45,062 bases of DNA from Raillietiella orientalis (lineage: Eukaryota). Both the position numbers and the translations under genes were made by a program. The stretch spans positions 248,001 to 293,062 of the forward strand of contig JAYWIR010000087.1 of the NCBI GenBank assembly GCA_036172245.1, written 5' to 3'. Shown piece after piece: positions 34,222-45,062 of this stretch (the first letter of the stretch is position 1; every line of letters begins with the position of its first letter). The notes beneath the pieces were generated by a model. It ran no database searches. It was given only the letters and a program-made list of their open reading frames with translations, and had not been told where the DNA came from.

Positions 34222-36900
34222 CAACTCGGGATTGTGAAAGTGACTACAAATTGTGTGCACTTTCCATAGCTGAAGCTTTTTTTGGAAAACTTGGCAGCAG
34301 CTTTCTTCGTAGTGCTTGCGTGTTGCTCGCAGTCATCTGCTTTTCATGGTGCGATTACTAAGTTACTATACTTCTTCCAATGTGCCAAAGCTGGTGAGCG
34401 TTGTTGTTCTACCAGCATCTGCAGACGATAATCACACTTCAGGACCACGCATAGATGTTCGGCACGCTGAGGAGCTCAAAAGAGGAAATTCTTCTCTCGT
34501 TGCTTACTGATGGATAAAATGGACTTCTCAATAACCTCCATTCGAGCGCAGGCAACTGTTTTTGCTGTAATGCTATGATTGCTACGTAGTAACCCAGACA
34601 AAGTGCATACCGCAGCATAGAAGGCACACTGCTAGGTCGCAATAAGGATGCTGATGTTGAAATGCTGCGCGGTGCGTTCAGAGCTTTGACGCTCACCTTG
34701 GGTTGCTTTCGTATTAAAAGAATTCGGCGTCGGGCAGATCAATCGATATCCTGTTGCAAGCATTGAGGTTCCCCACGCCGTTTAGCGACGAATCGATGCT
34801 TCTTTTGGGATAGGGAAACCCTGCTTCGCGACTGTTGGGCTCAGTCAACCCATGCAAAGCGAATCTCAACAGTTGATAAGAAATATTCTGGCACCAGAAT
34901 GGAGCAGAGGAGGTCAAATGGAAACATGGCGCTCCTGTTTTTTGGGTTTGTCCCTTCCCGACGTGAGCGTGAACGCTCTACTTCGTCGTAGAACTTCATT
35001 GAAGCCACCAACGGGCTCTTTATTTGTCTGCGCGAGCGAACCCGAGTTTGGCTTGCCTGAGGGATCTCAGTATTGTGCTCTGTTTGCGGAACCGTGACCG
35101 CTGGGAGCAGCGACGAAAGAAGCAGGAAAAATATAGGAACCATATTCTTCGAATCGTGGGAGGATATGGGATCGAAATATCCGCGGTGACGTGCTCGCGC
35201 ATAGTGCTCAGCAAGCAAGAATTTGCCAGCATCCTTGAGGGCACAAGGAGGACAGTAGGGGAGAAGCTACGATTTCTTCCGCGCCCCCTATTCATTACAG
35301 TAATTTTTCCAACAGGTTTCGTATGTTCTCTGTTAGTTCCTCCATCCTTCAATACCCTTGCACGAACCTCTTCCGGAAAATGGTTTCGAGCAAACCGTTC
35401 CCGAGAAAAGTCGCGAAGTGCTTCATGCTGTTATCACAGAAGAACGCAAACATCCACTAATTAAACACGTGTTATTGTCTGCGATAGCGTTTGAAGGATT
35501 TTTTTTCGCATTTCTTTCCGAAGATGGGAAAGAAAATGCCATCGGCTTTTTGGATTCCAATTTTCTATTGTGAAACCGCAGTCTCATGGTTTTCTGAAGG
35601 TTTGTTGGCCACGCATGGAGCTTCTTAAATTTTCGTTACATGTAGAATGCGCGAGCTGCTTCCGCATCAATGTGGATTTTGGGCTTGCGAAAGCGAATTT
35701 CGTTTGCAACTTTCGTGCCTTCCTGCCTGGTCTCCGGGACCACTCCAACGTGCCACAATAGGTGCTTCCCTGTTCGCAGTTGCAGCCTACTGCCGGTGGT
35801 GCATTCGCTGTTATGGTACACATGGCATACTGCCGCCATGTTTCGCCTGCACAAGTTTCTCTCAAATCTACTCCTATTCGACGTTCTTTGGCCGGATCTT
35901 CACGTGTCAAGGAAAACACTATTTACAACCTTTGATGTCCCGAAGTTCCTTTCTGCCTGCTCCTTCTTGATTACCATCGCAGTTTTCTTATTCAAGTCGC
36001 CTAAGTTTTTGTTCAATGCCTTTTCCTGCCACACTTGAAAGCTATCGTGCGTTGTCGCCTCCAGTCAGCTCGCCACTCTTTTGATACGCATCTTATGTTG
36101 CAAACTCGTTGTGGTTTCTTTCTCACCTAAAGAGCATTCCGTTGACTATATTGCTGCAATGTTTCTCCGTAATGGGAATATTCTATACGGCTGTGGTGTG
36201 CCGAGAACGTCCTCCGATGTGGAAAAGTGAATCATCCGTTGTTTTCCGCAGCACGCCTTGAGAGATACGAGCATTCGTTGGGAGGACACCTTAGGAGAAG
36301 GAGGAGGGAGGAATTCTCATGTGCTTGCGGAAACCGCAAGTGAATTCGTATGAAACGCAGGGTAGCGGCGTTCTTGTCTCAATCCGTTGCTCAATTCTGC
36401 GTCCGTTTCGGCTGATATTTCGAGAGAAAAGATGCTGTCACTTCTATTCAACATCGTAAGCAGTCGTTGGTGTTTGAAACCATGTTCTTCTTAGGAGTTC
36501 ACTTCTTGTGTCGCATGCTGGACGATTTTTTCCGATTGCCTTCTGAATCGTTGATTTGAGGGTAAACAGCGCGTTGTGGTACGAATCTTTCGGCTGCTCA
36601 CTTTAAGGGCTTCTTAGTTTTGTAGCTGCTGCTCTTCTTGGTGCTTGAGTGACTTCGTGGTACTTCGGTTTTTTCATTGTTTCGTTTCTTTCTTTGCTGA
36701 TCGAATTTATTCATTTTCACCTCGAGAATTTCCAGCAAGTGCTTCACCTTGGGGAACGGAACTTCTTTTCTTGCTCTGTTTCAGTTATTCTTAGAGATTT
36801 GTTGCTCTTGTTGGTTTCTCTGCACTCCCGGATACATATCATTGCTATTTGGTTTCCTTTGATTCGTGTTTTTCCGTTTTCAACCCGTTGATCCTTTTGT
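33899..36900 (-). repeat. Right arm of ~3 kb inverted duplication
   Basis: Reverse complement of about 17990-20987. Confidence 0.95.
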
Positions 36901-39015
36901 TGAATGCTTAGGAAGTTTTATTTTTAATTCTCACGTGTTTTATGTCTTGAAGGAGTCTTGTAATATTTCCGAAGGCTGGTACAGAATTCATGCACATGTC
37001 AGTTGCCAATGCAGGTAGCTCTGTCGTTTGTGGTTTCTTTTTTTGCGTTGCTGTGCTTGTATTACAAGAAAATTACTTTGATGCACTTCTTGTAACTTGA
37101 TCTATACTTCTCGTCATTTGCTTAATTGATTGCGAACATTCACTGTAGCCGTTTCCTTTTCAGGTGGCTACCGTACTCCTTTTTTGCAAAGCAATGAGCG
37201 CTACTGATTTCCTGGCGGAAGACGTCAATTCTTTTGGGTTGAAAGTTTTGCAACACGTCCCTGGTCTGCGTGCCCCTGTTGGGGGATGCCAATATACCTT
37301 CGACAACAGGCACGCCACATGTGAACTGTCTATCAATAGTCGTTCACATGGACTAGGTCAAGGTCAATGCTCTTCGGAACTATACGTAAGCATGTTTTTG
37401 CTACGTTCGAAAATCATTCATCATTTTAGGTGAAGGATAGTCGTCAAACTATGGTGGCTAATTTTGTTTTGGCAGCATTTAATGGTATTTGCGACCTTTT
37501 TTACCCTGATAGGAGACAGAGGTATGAGTTTCAAGTATTTGCTTCACTATTAATTTGGCTGTGGCTTTAAAGAGCATTACGCAAAGTATCTTTTTGGTTG
37601 TGTTCGTTCAACAGGTGGAAAAACTGCGTACTTTAATGAAATCAATTTAAGCAGTTCATTGTTATATGTTTTTTGCAGATTTTAGAAAGTTGAAGAGTTT
37701 GGGCTCATTTTAAAGCGACTGACTTTTTAATTTTATTTTCGTTTCTAACATGCTAAACGTTCCTGGAAATCTGTTAGAATGTTCCCAGGGTATTTGTGCT
37801 TCCCATTTCTTTGTTAATAATGCATGTGTCATTCACAGCATACTTTATAACTGAGGCTTTTCATTCACGCTCTTAAACTGGAGGACAAGTCCTTGATGGA
37901 AAAACTATTCGAAAATATCGGATACTAGATTTTCGAAGATAAAGAAATAAAATTGATCCGTTTTTTTCTCAGACTGTTCGTCGGTCGAAATGCTGGAATA
38001 TTACCAGCCACGTTATCATGTAACTGGCAAGCAGGCACCTTACTAAATCTTGTCGTCAAGGATTGAGGAGCAGATAGATCCCATGTGCTCTCGCATCTGC
38101 AAATAATAAAAGAGTTTCTTTATTCCATCTTGAGATTCTCTGTGTGGATATGTGTTACAGATAAGTAAAAGTAGCTTGGTGAGGAAACTCTTCTTTCCAC
38201 ACATGCACCTGCAGACTCATTGACTCATACAGTGATGTATGCAGATTTCTTTTACGTAACGCAATTCAGTCCACATGTGCCATTTGATGAACTTCCCTCC
38301 TGGAGGATGCATTCCTTTGCTATCTGTAAACGCGCAATAACTGATGATGTATTTTTATCATTTACTATTCAAATATGAGCACATGAGGATTGAAGCTGCT
38401 TAACAGAGCACATCTGCTTCAACTCTCTCATGACACTAGATACTAAGAAGAGTCTTCTCTTCTCTTAGTTCCACTTGCTTTACTGAGAACTCATCGTTCG
38501 CATAATGAAACACTCAACCTTAGTTGGAAGTCTTGTATTGGTCGGAATGTTTGCTACAGAATTTTACTTCGACACACTATAAAGAAGAATCTCATGATGT
38601 TTTTATTGTTATGAACCATTTTCTTCAGCGCGTCCTTCCTGTTTATTCCCTGAATATATATTTACAGGATCAGTTCGAATCCAATATTTAATCAACTGCA
38701 GCTTCTCGCTTACGAGAGAAACGCCTCTGTGGTTCGGTTGCCACTACATCCATTGAATCTTGGGGCCACTTAAACGTCGCCCCGTCCGTATTACTGTTGA
38801 TGATCTCAGGTATTGCTGCCTAGCCACCACCGAATCCATAGGCACATCAAAAAAGGAACAGAAATAAACCGCAACCGGCGCACGAAGGAAGTGAACACCC
38901 GTCCGCTCGCTCTCGCTTCTCACACGGTTGCACCGGTGAGTTTATTCTTCGGAACAAAACAAGAGCCTGTAGCTTAACTGGTGGTCCAGCCACGCTCCAG
39001 TAAACAACAGTAAGT

Positions 39016-40620
39016 CACCCGGGTCACCGGTTAGGAGTCCAGTGGGCTCTGCCATGACAGGAGAGGGGCCAAGACAAAACAAAAAGATATAAGAAAAAAA
39101 TAGAAAAAATTATAGAAACAAGATCTGGGGGGCACGAAAAGGGATCACAGTCTACTGCGGGGCCGTTGCATCCTTTCTAGAATGCCGGCAAGCTGTTCTT
39201 TGATTTGCAAATTCAGATGGGTCCATCCTGTCGCCGTCCTCAGAAATTCGGCTGCGCATTGGACAGCACCCTTATCGCGTGGTTCTCCCGTTGCCTTGCT
39301 CGAAGCAGCGACGATCCCACAAAAGCAGCACATAGCTGCTAACGATGCTGCTGGCCGAAGGGCGTTGCAAACAAAGAAAGACCCAATAGCGTCTCTGGGG
39401 TTGCCACAGGGGATACCGATTGCCGCGGCGAAGCGGTTCCAGAGAAGCCGAAGAGCAACGCAATCCATATGCAGGTGGAGGAGGGACTCCCTTTCTCCAC
39501 ACCTCACACAATTAGGGTTCACCGCTCCCCAGGTCCAATGGTGTCGACGAGAGTTGCGAGGAGCCTCCTACTGCTGTAACAGGAAAGCGGACTCCTGCCA
39601 TTTTAAGATGAGGGTGGAGGAAGAACCGGGGGCCACTTAAGCTGTTCTGACGGAACTTCCGGCACCTCGCCCCATTGCAAAAGTCCAATTGGGGTGGTAA
39701 TCCAAGACGCAGTATCACATGGAATCCCCGTTTTCCATTTCCCGATCTTTTGCACCGTTCCGCAGATTTTCGCGAACATTTCCCATGCCGCCGCAGCGTT
39801 GCGGTCCAAATGTTCCGCAAGAGAAGACAGCATTGCGGCGAGGAAAGTTTTCCTCGCTTACGCTCGTTTTTGGGGATTCTCCAGAATCTCACGAAGCGTA
39901 TGGTGGTCATTGCGAGCAAACAGTTGCCTTCAATCTTGTTCAACGCGTTATGTTGCTCCTCGCCCACGTAAACGGTTTCCTGGAGCCAGACAGTTGCGTT
40001 GACAGGGCGATAGGGAAGCCATCTCGCGTTCATCCTTATTAAATCAGCCACTCTACGCAGCTGCAAACCGCAGTGGCCGACTTGACGGCGACTACGGAGC
40101 GCAAGGAAGGAAGACAGTCCCACCTTGCCGGTGGCCTGTTCTACGAGGAAACGTGCAGGCTCGAAACAGCAGCTACTCCAATTCTTCGCCACTAGCGCGA
40201 GTAACCGAAACTGGAGCTGGAGCTCTAGCGTCAGGAGGCCGAGAGCGCCGTCCCGATGCGGATCGCTGCAGTACACAAGACGGATTTGGGCCTTCCCCCT
40301 ATCCCTCATGGCAATCCATAGGAGAACCCTGGTCCGCTTTTTCGTCCTTTCAGTGGGAGGACGAACAAAAAGTAGGGAACCAAGAAGGGAGTCGCGAACG
40401 CCTTACACACCGCAGTCCGTTCCAGCAAGGTAAACTTGCCGTCCAGGAACGGACCGATCACCGACTCTATTTTTGGAGACGACCTGACCAGGTGTCTGAA
40501 GGGCAGAAGTCCCCCAACGGCACGGCAAGGTACTTCAGGTACCTGGCTGCGGGGATTCATAAGCAAATCCAGTCAGGACGTCGAACCCACGTCGCACCAA
40601 CCACCACCACCTCTTTCGTT
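39016..40620 (-). pseudogene. Degraded 5'-truncated LINE M (post-RT region to 3' end)
   Basis: PDWI..GPFLDGKFTLLER, RDGALGLLTLE, CVRCGERESLLHLHMDC; terminus CCGGTGACCCGGGTGAC. Confidence 0.8.
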
Positions 40621-41954
40621 TCCTTCTGGGTTCTGTGTGCAGGCACGGTACCAGAGAATGGCTTTCCGTACAGATTCTTAGGTTGTCCTTTCCCCATCGA
40701 AGCTTTTTGCTTCATGAAATCGAGCTCCTTCTTTCCGAAATGCAAAGAAATGATCGTATACGAGATCCCGATTCAGGCTGAACACATTTCCCAATTGCGA
40801 GGGACTCGACCTGGAAGTCGTGCGCAAGCCACGAATCAGCACCTGCGTCACACGTGCGCAACAGGATTTTGGACATTCTCACGGACCTTGCATTCATCAT
40901 ACCATGCTCAGCTTTGATCTTGGATCTGCTTTCCTGCTACCTTGCAGCCAATGGTTTTTCTGGGTTAACAGTACGGTAAAAACTCGGTCGCAATATGGGC
41001 GAGTGTTTTTTTGGGGAAAAAGCAAGAGTACTACAAGCGACAAGACTCGCTTTTCGATTGGTTGCAGTACCGAATCCCAAGTTCCGAATTCGCAGAAATG
41101 CGAATTACTCACGGCTGGGAGTTGCCCTTCTCTACGAAATTCGGAATTCACGAGCGATGCACTAGTTGATAAGCAATGGATTCAGCAGCAGTGCGATAAC
41201 TCCGAGTTGCGGTATCTTCCACGAAATGCACGAGTCCATCCGTCATCCGAATTCGCAAGCAGCACACGTTTCTTCCGTTAAGGAGAATCTCCTTTGCTAA
41301 GCAACAAAGATCGTTGACGAACATAGAGGTGGCCGTGCCGACGTCACACAATCGGGTGCGCCGACGCTCGAACACTGCGTTTGGCGAGTGCAATTTCATC
41401 CGGAGTCCCTGCACACTGATGCAAAGAAACGTGCGAAACAACGGAAACGGAGGGTTTCTCGCACGCAGGCACTCCCACTTTGGCTCGATTTTCCCTTTTC
41501 CCGATTCTCGCGAACAATTCATCCTTTTCGTAGGTTTTCTCTTTTTTCGTTCCGTCTAGCGAGAGTCCTTCGTCGTTTGTACATTGTGACCATCCAAGGC
41601 GTGCGTGTTTCCTTTCCGGAAATATCCGCAGGTACCTCGTACTTGTGCACCGGCCCTTCTCCTACTTCAGCACCGTCCGGATGAACGCACGCATTCTGTA
41701 GCGTAGCACACGCCCTTTGCGCAAATCGCGAATGACGGAATAGGCGTCGGAATTTTTGTTCAGCGCAGCAGCAGTGCGTAAAACATGCTCTTCCCTCAAA
41801 GACTTCGTTCGCTGGCGCATCCCATGCTTGCTGCCTGCGACAACAGCAAACAGGCTTGTGAGCTCGACGTTAGGGCGTGCGAGGTCCACGGAGTTCGGAT
41901 TCGATTTCCGCGAAAGGGATCCGTGAAGAAAACAACACTGCACTATAATGGCAC

Positions 41955-42348
41955 CTCAGTGCATTGAGGATTGTATTGCATCCAGCGCGCGCACTTGGTT
42001 TCCAGGGGAGTCGCGTCCACGAACTGCGCAACATGCGGAGTGGTGGAATCGCTTCCGCATTTGCTATTTGAATGCGGTGCCCTCCAGGAGCTGTGGCAGC
42101 GGCGGTCTTCAGCGCTCCTGCACACCGCACACACCGCAAAGGATTGGATGCGCCGCTTCTTCACGCGTAACGATTTTTCTCTGTGAGCGGTTGTCGCTAT
42201 CATCTTCTGCGTCCGCGCCAATGTCAGGACCCGCCACGTATTGGAGCTGTCATCGCCACCCAACATCGTTTTCCGACAGTGCAGCCCTCAATCTGCAACT
42301 AACTACCGGGTGGCCACACCTTGACGCAGAAGTGAGGGCGGAGGTTGC
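41955..42348 (+). pseudogene. LINE ORF2 C-terminal fragment N (G-like)
   Basis: CATCGVVESLPHLLFEC..GWPHLDAEVRAE. Confidence 0.85.
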
Positions 42349-42349
42349 T

Positions 42350-44218
42350 CCGGAGGAAGTGTTTTTTGTAATGCCTGTGAAAGTCTTCCACGATATCTTA
42401 GGACGACTGTCGCTCTTGACCGTCGTACTGGATGCAGAAGATATCTGTTCCAAGATTTCTCATCTCCAGCACGCCGACTTCCCTTTTTATGTTGTTGAAG
42501 ACGTACGGAATCTCGTACTGATCGAAGTACTTTGAGAGTGAGCGATCTTGGATGTTCAGCTCCCGGTACACCTCCTTCCTAAAGCGCCTATCCCCGAATT
42601 GCATATTTGCAAACAGGTGTATCCTGTGTTTCAGGCTGTCCCAGTCGACAAACTCTTCTGATTTTTGTGGTCTACAGAATCGCCTCCAAGACCTCCTGAT
42701 GTCCAGGATGTGTCTCGTACCAGGCTGGCATGCTGATGAGCGCCGACTTGGTGCCTGGCCTCAATTGAGGATTCTTAGTTCTTACGGAGAACCACACCAA
42801 CAAGTGATCGGAAAGAGCGGTCAATGTGTCTCGAAACCCCTGAATGCGATTCCCTAGTGCGGTGTTGTGGAGGACGTGATCGATTGGCTTGTGACTTGCG
42901 GTTCCATACACTAGTCCGAACTCTTCGGATAGTTGCCGATCCGTCGTCCTTACTCTGGCGTCTTGGCAATGAGTGATCTCATCCAATATGTTGAGATTGC
43001 CAGCAACAATCACGACGTCCTTGGGGGCTACCTTTCCACATATTGCTGCATGCAGCGCCTCCGCACAACGATGTTTTAGCCTGTGCGGCCCGTACACGTT
43101 CACCAGGATGAGGTGAACAGTAGCGGACCAGGGCAGTCGCACGCCGATAATTCGTCCAAGCTGGCGACAGAACAGTTTCCGAATACTAGGTTCAAGTATT
43201 TCTTGATTAGGACCGCCACGCTCTGCGTGTTCCGTTCTCCCTCGCTAACGAAAATTTGCATGTTGATTCGCCGTTCCATTTGCTCACTAATATCGAGACC
43301 CATCTTGTGGGTCCCCTGTAGGCACACTATGTCTTGTTGTGCGATGGTCCGCACAATCCTTTTTCTTTTTCCCTGGTCGACCACACCGTTTACGTTCCAG
43401 GAGGCGATGTTTATCCTCCTGGCGGTCGATAGGGAAGAGGCCATAAAAGGGGAAGACCTATTTTTTGGCCTTCCTGTGCTTCTTTTGTCTGAGAGAGCGT
43501 GCTCTTCCAGACAATGAAGAAGCAGCGGGCTTCTCGCTGCCGGCGTCACTCTCCGTACCTGTGAGGTCGGTAATTTCCGCCTCCTCCGTAGAGTGTTCGG
43601 CTTCCGCGATCAATTTCCGAGATAGCGCTTCTATCACGATCTTGGCGCAGAAGTTCGCGTTTACGTCGAGAAGCTGTTCTTCTAGCGTCTCGCGTTCGGT
43701 GACCTCCACAACATGGTTTACCTTTTCCTGTGCATTGCAGAACTGGTGCAGGATTTTCTCTTGCTGAGGCCCGGTTTGCAACTCTATAACTTTCTCCTCT
43801 AGTGTTTCCAGCTCCTCCGTGGACTGCAGGGCCTCCTGCGACACTAACGTGGCTTCCCGGTTTCCTTCTTCCACGCCTTCCTGCGCTACCTCCATCTTTT
43901 CGCCTTCCTGCGCTCCTCCTTCGAGGATAAGAGAAGTTTCTTGCTCCGTGACGAGCATCCCCCTCTTTCCTTTCTTTCCTACCTCAATGAAGCCTTCCGT
44001 CGATACCTGGACGGCTTCCCTCACCTTCCTCGGCCTTCTTTCCAACTTTGGATGCTGTTCGGCCTCCTTGATGTTTCTCTCTCTCTCGGGAGAGAGTCCT
44101 CGAATCCTTCTGCAATTGGCGAATTCCGGACAGCTCCATTTAGCATCATAGTGCTTCTTGCTGAAGGAGCACTCCTCCGGTTGCGGGAAGTTTCAGACTT
44201 GATGTCCTACTTTGTTGC
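42350..44218 (-). pseudogene. Divergent LINE family O: ORF1 tail (decayed knuckle, E/Q-rich) plus APE endonuclease and linker
   Basis: CNKVGH; IASWNVNG, CLQGTH, NVYGP, IVAGNLN, PIDHVL, LSDH. Confidence 0.8.
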
Positions 44219-44249
44219 AGACCGGTTAGGTCCATGATCGGTTAGGTCA

Positions 44250-44704
44250 CTCCGCGATCTTCCCCACCCGCCCCACTCAAAGTTTCGAGAACAACTTGAC
44301 GTTCGAATTCACTCAGGTGATCGGACGCCAATTGTTCAGTTGGCGCGAATCTCCGCCTTTCGGCAGGAGACACACCTTCTCTGAGCGAAACAAGGCTGGG
44401 ACATCGTTGGCATCTCGCATCAGCGGCAAGAGTTGAAGCACCAGATTGATGAGGTCCGCCGCAGAGCACTGGAAGAATTCTGCGGCGAGTCCATCCTCGC
44501 CTGGCGCTTTTCGTCTCTTGAGCCGCGAAAAGGCCGTAGTAAATTCCACTGTCGTGAAGGGCTGATGGAGACGCGCGCGTTCCTCCTCGTTTACAACAGG
44601 TGCATCAATCGGCAAAAGCAGCTCGGAGAGACTGCCTTCCGTTGGTGCCTCTGCATACAGCGAAGAGTGATAGCGCCTGACTATCCGCCGCACGACGGCT
44701 GGAG
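44250..44704 (-). pseudogene. LINE ORF2 fragment L (linker and RT start)
   Basis: PFTTVEF..KAPGEDGLAAEFF..LLPKGGD..NWRPIT. Confidence 0.88.
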
Positions 44705-45057
44705 ACGGCGACAAGGTGGCGTCTACCTTTCACCATAAAAAATTGAACTTGACTGCATCCTCAACAGGATGCGGAGGACCGACCCAGGCGCCCAGTGATC
44801 CCTTCCCCGCGCCCAACCCTCTCCCCATATAGCTGTTTCTTTACCCGTTATCTCTCTTTTTGTTTGTTGTTGTTCAAGTTTTCCCTTCCCATGCGCCTGG
44901 GGAATGGACCTAACCGGTCTATGCACCGCCAACCGACACGTCAAGCAAGGTGGAAGGACACAGTGTTTCCCCACAGAAAACATCTTTCTAAAGACTTTAT
45001 TATCTAATTTTTGTAAAAAATTAGTATAATAAATGCCCCGGCATATCCGGGTGACAA
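44705..45057 (+). mobile_element. Short 5'-truncated LINE K (last codons and 3' UTR), antisense to L
   Basis: TATRW..ILNRMRR resembles TATGW..ILERMQR of M; terminus AATAAATGCCCCGGCATATCCGGGTGACAA. Confidence 0.8.
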
Positions 45058-45062
45058 ACGAC

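Noticed and set aside
36900..38850. Possible host exons in AT-rich DNA (splice-acceptor-like TTTTCAG at about 37157-37163)
   Set aside because: No coherent ORF or recognisable protein.
38860..38935. Minus-strand GAGCGGACGGG plus pyrimidine tract resembling an element 5' end
   Set aside because: No ORF1 homology follows.
40640..41940. Cluster of short ORFs between M and N
   Set aside because: No recognisable motifs; left unassigned.
45035..45057. Helitron-type terminal hairpin
   Set aside because: No CTRR end; the same hairpin terminates LINE copies that have TSDs.

Overview
Eukaryotic transposon-dense window with no recognisable host gene. Most of it is a nest of about 15 copies or fragments of GC-rich L1/Tx1-like non-LTR retrotransposons (ORF1 with two CCHC knuckles; ORF2 with APE endonuclease, RT and a C-terminal CCHC finger). 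One copy is essentially full length with an open ORF2 (2687-8507, minus strand). AT-richer spacers hold probable Ty1/Copia and Merlin relics and a U2-snRNA-like 5' fragment. The main pattern is that these LINEs repeatedly insert into other LINE copies in antisense orientation. Junctions mostly fall after ..GT (often GTYGT), with 10-20 bp target-site duplications. The elements lack poly(A) tails and end in a structured 3' UTR whose hairpins covary between copies (AATAAA-YG-CCCGG-N5-CCGGG-TGAYAA). Their endonuclease appears to lack the usual FT/YT beta-hairpin segment, and the RT has a hypervariable insert before the KAFD motif. A ~3 kb inverted duplication (about 17990-20987 and 33899-36900) and a chimeric 1204-bp tandem duplication overlay the nest. 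All assignments are by eye from motifs; no searches were run.
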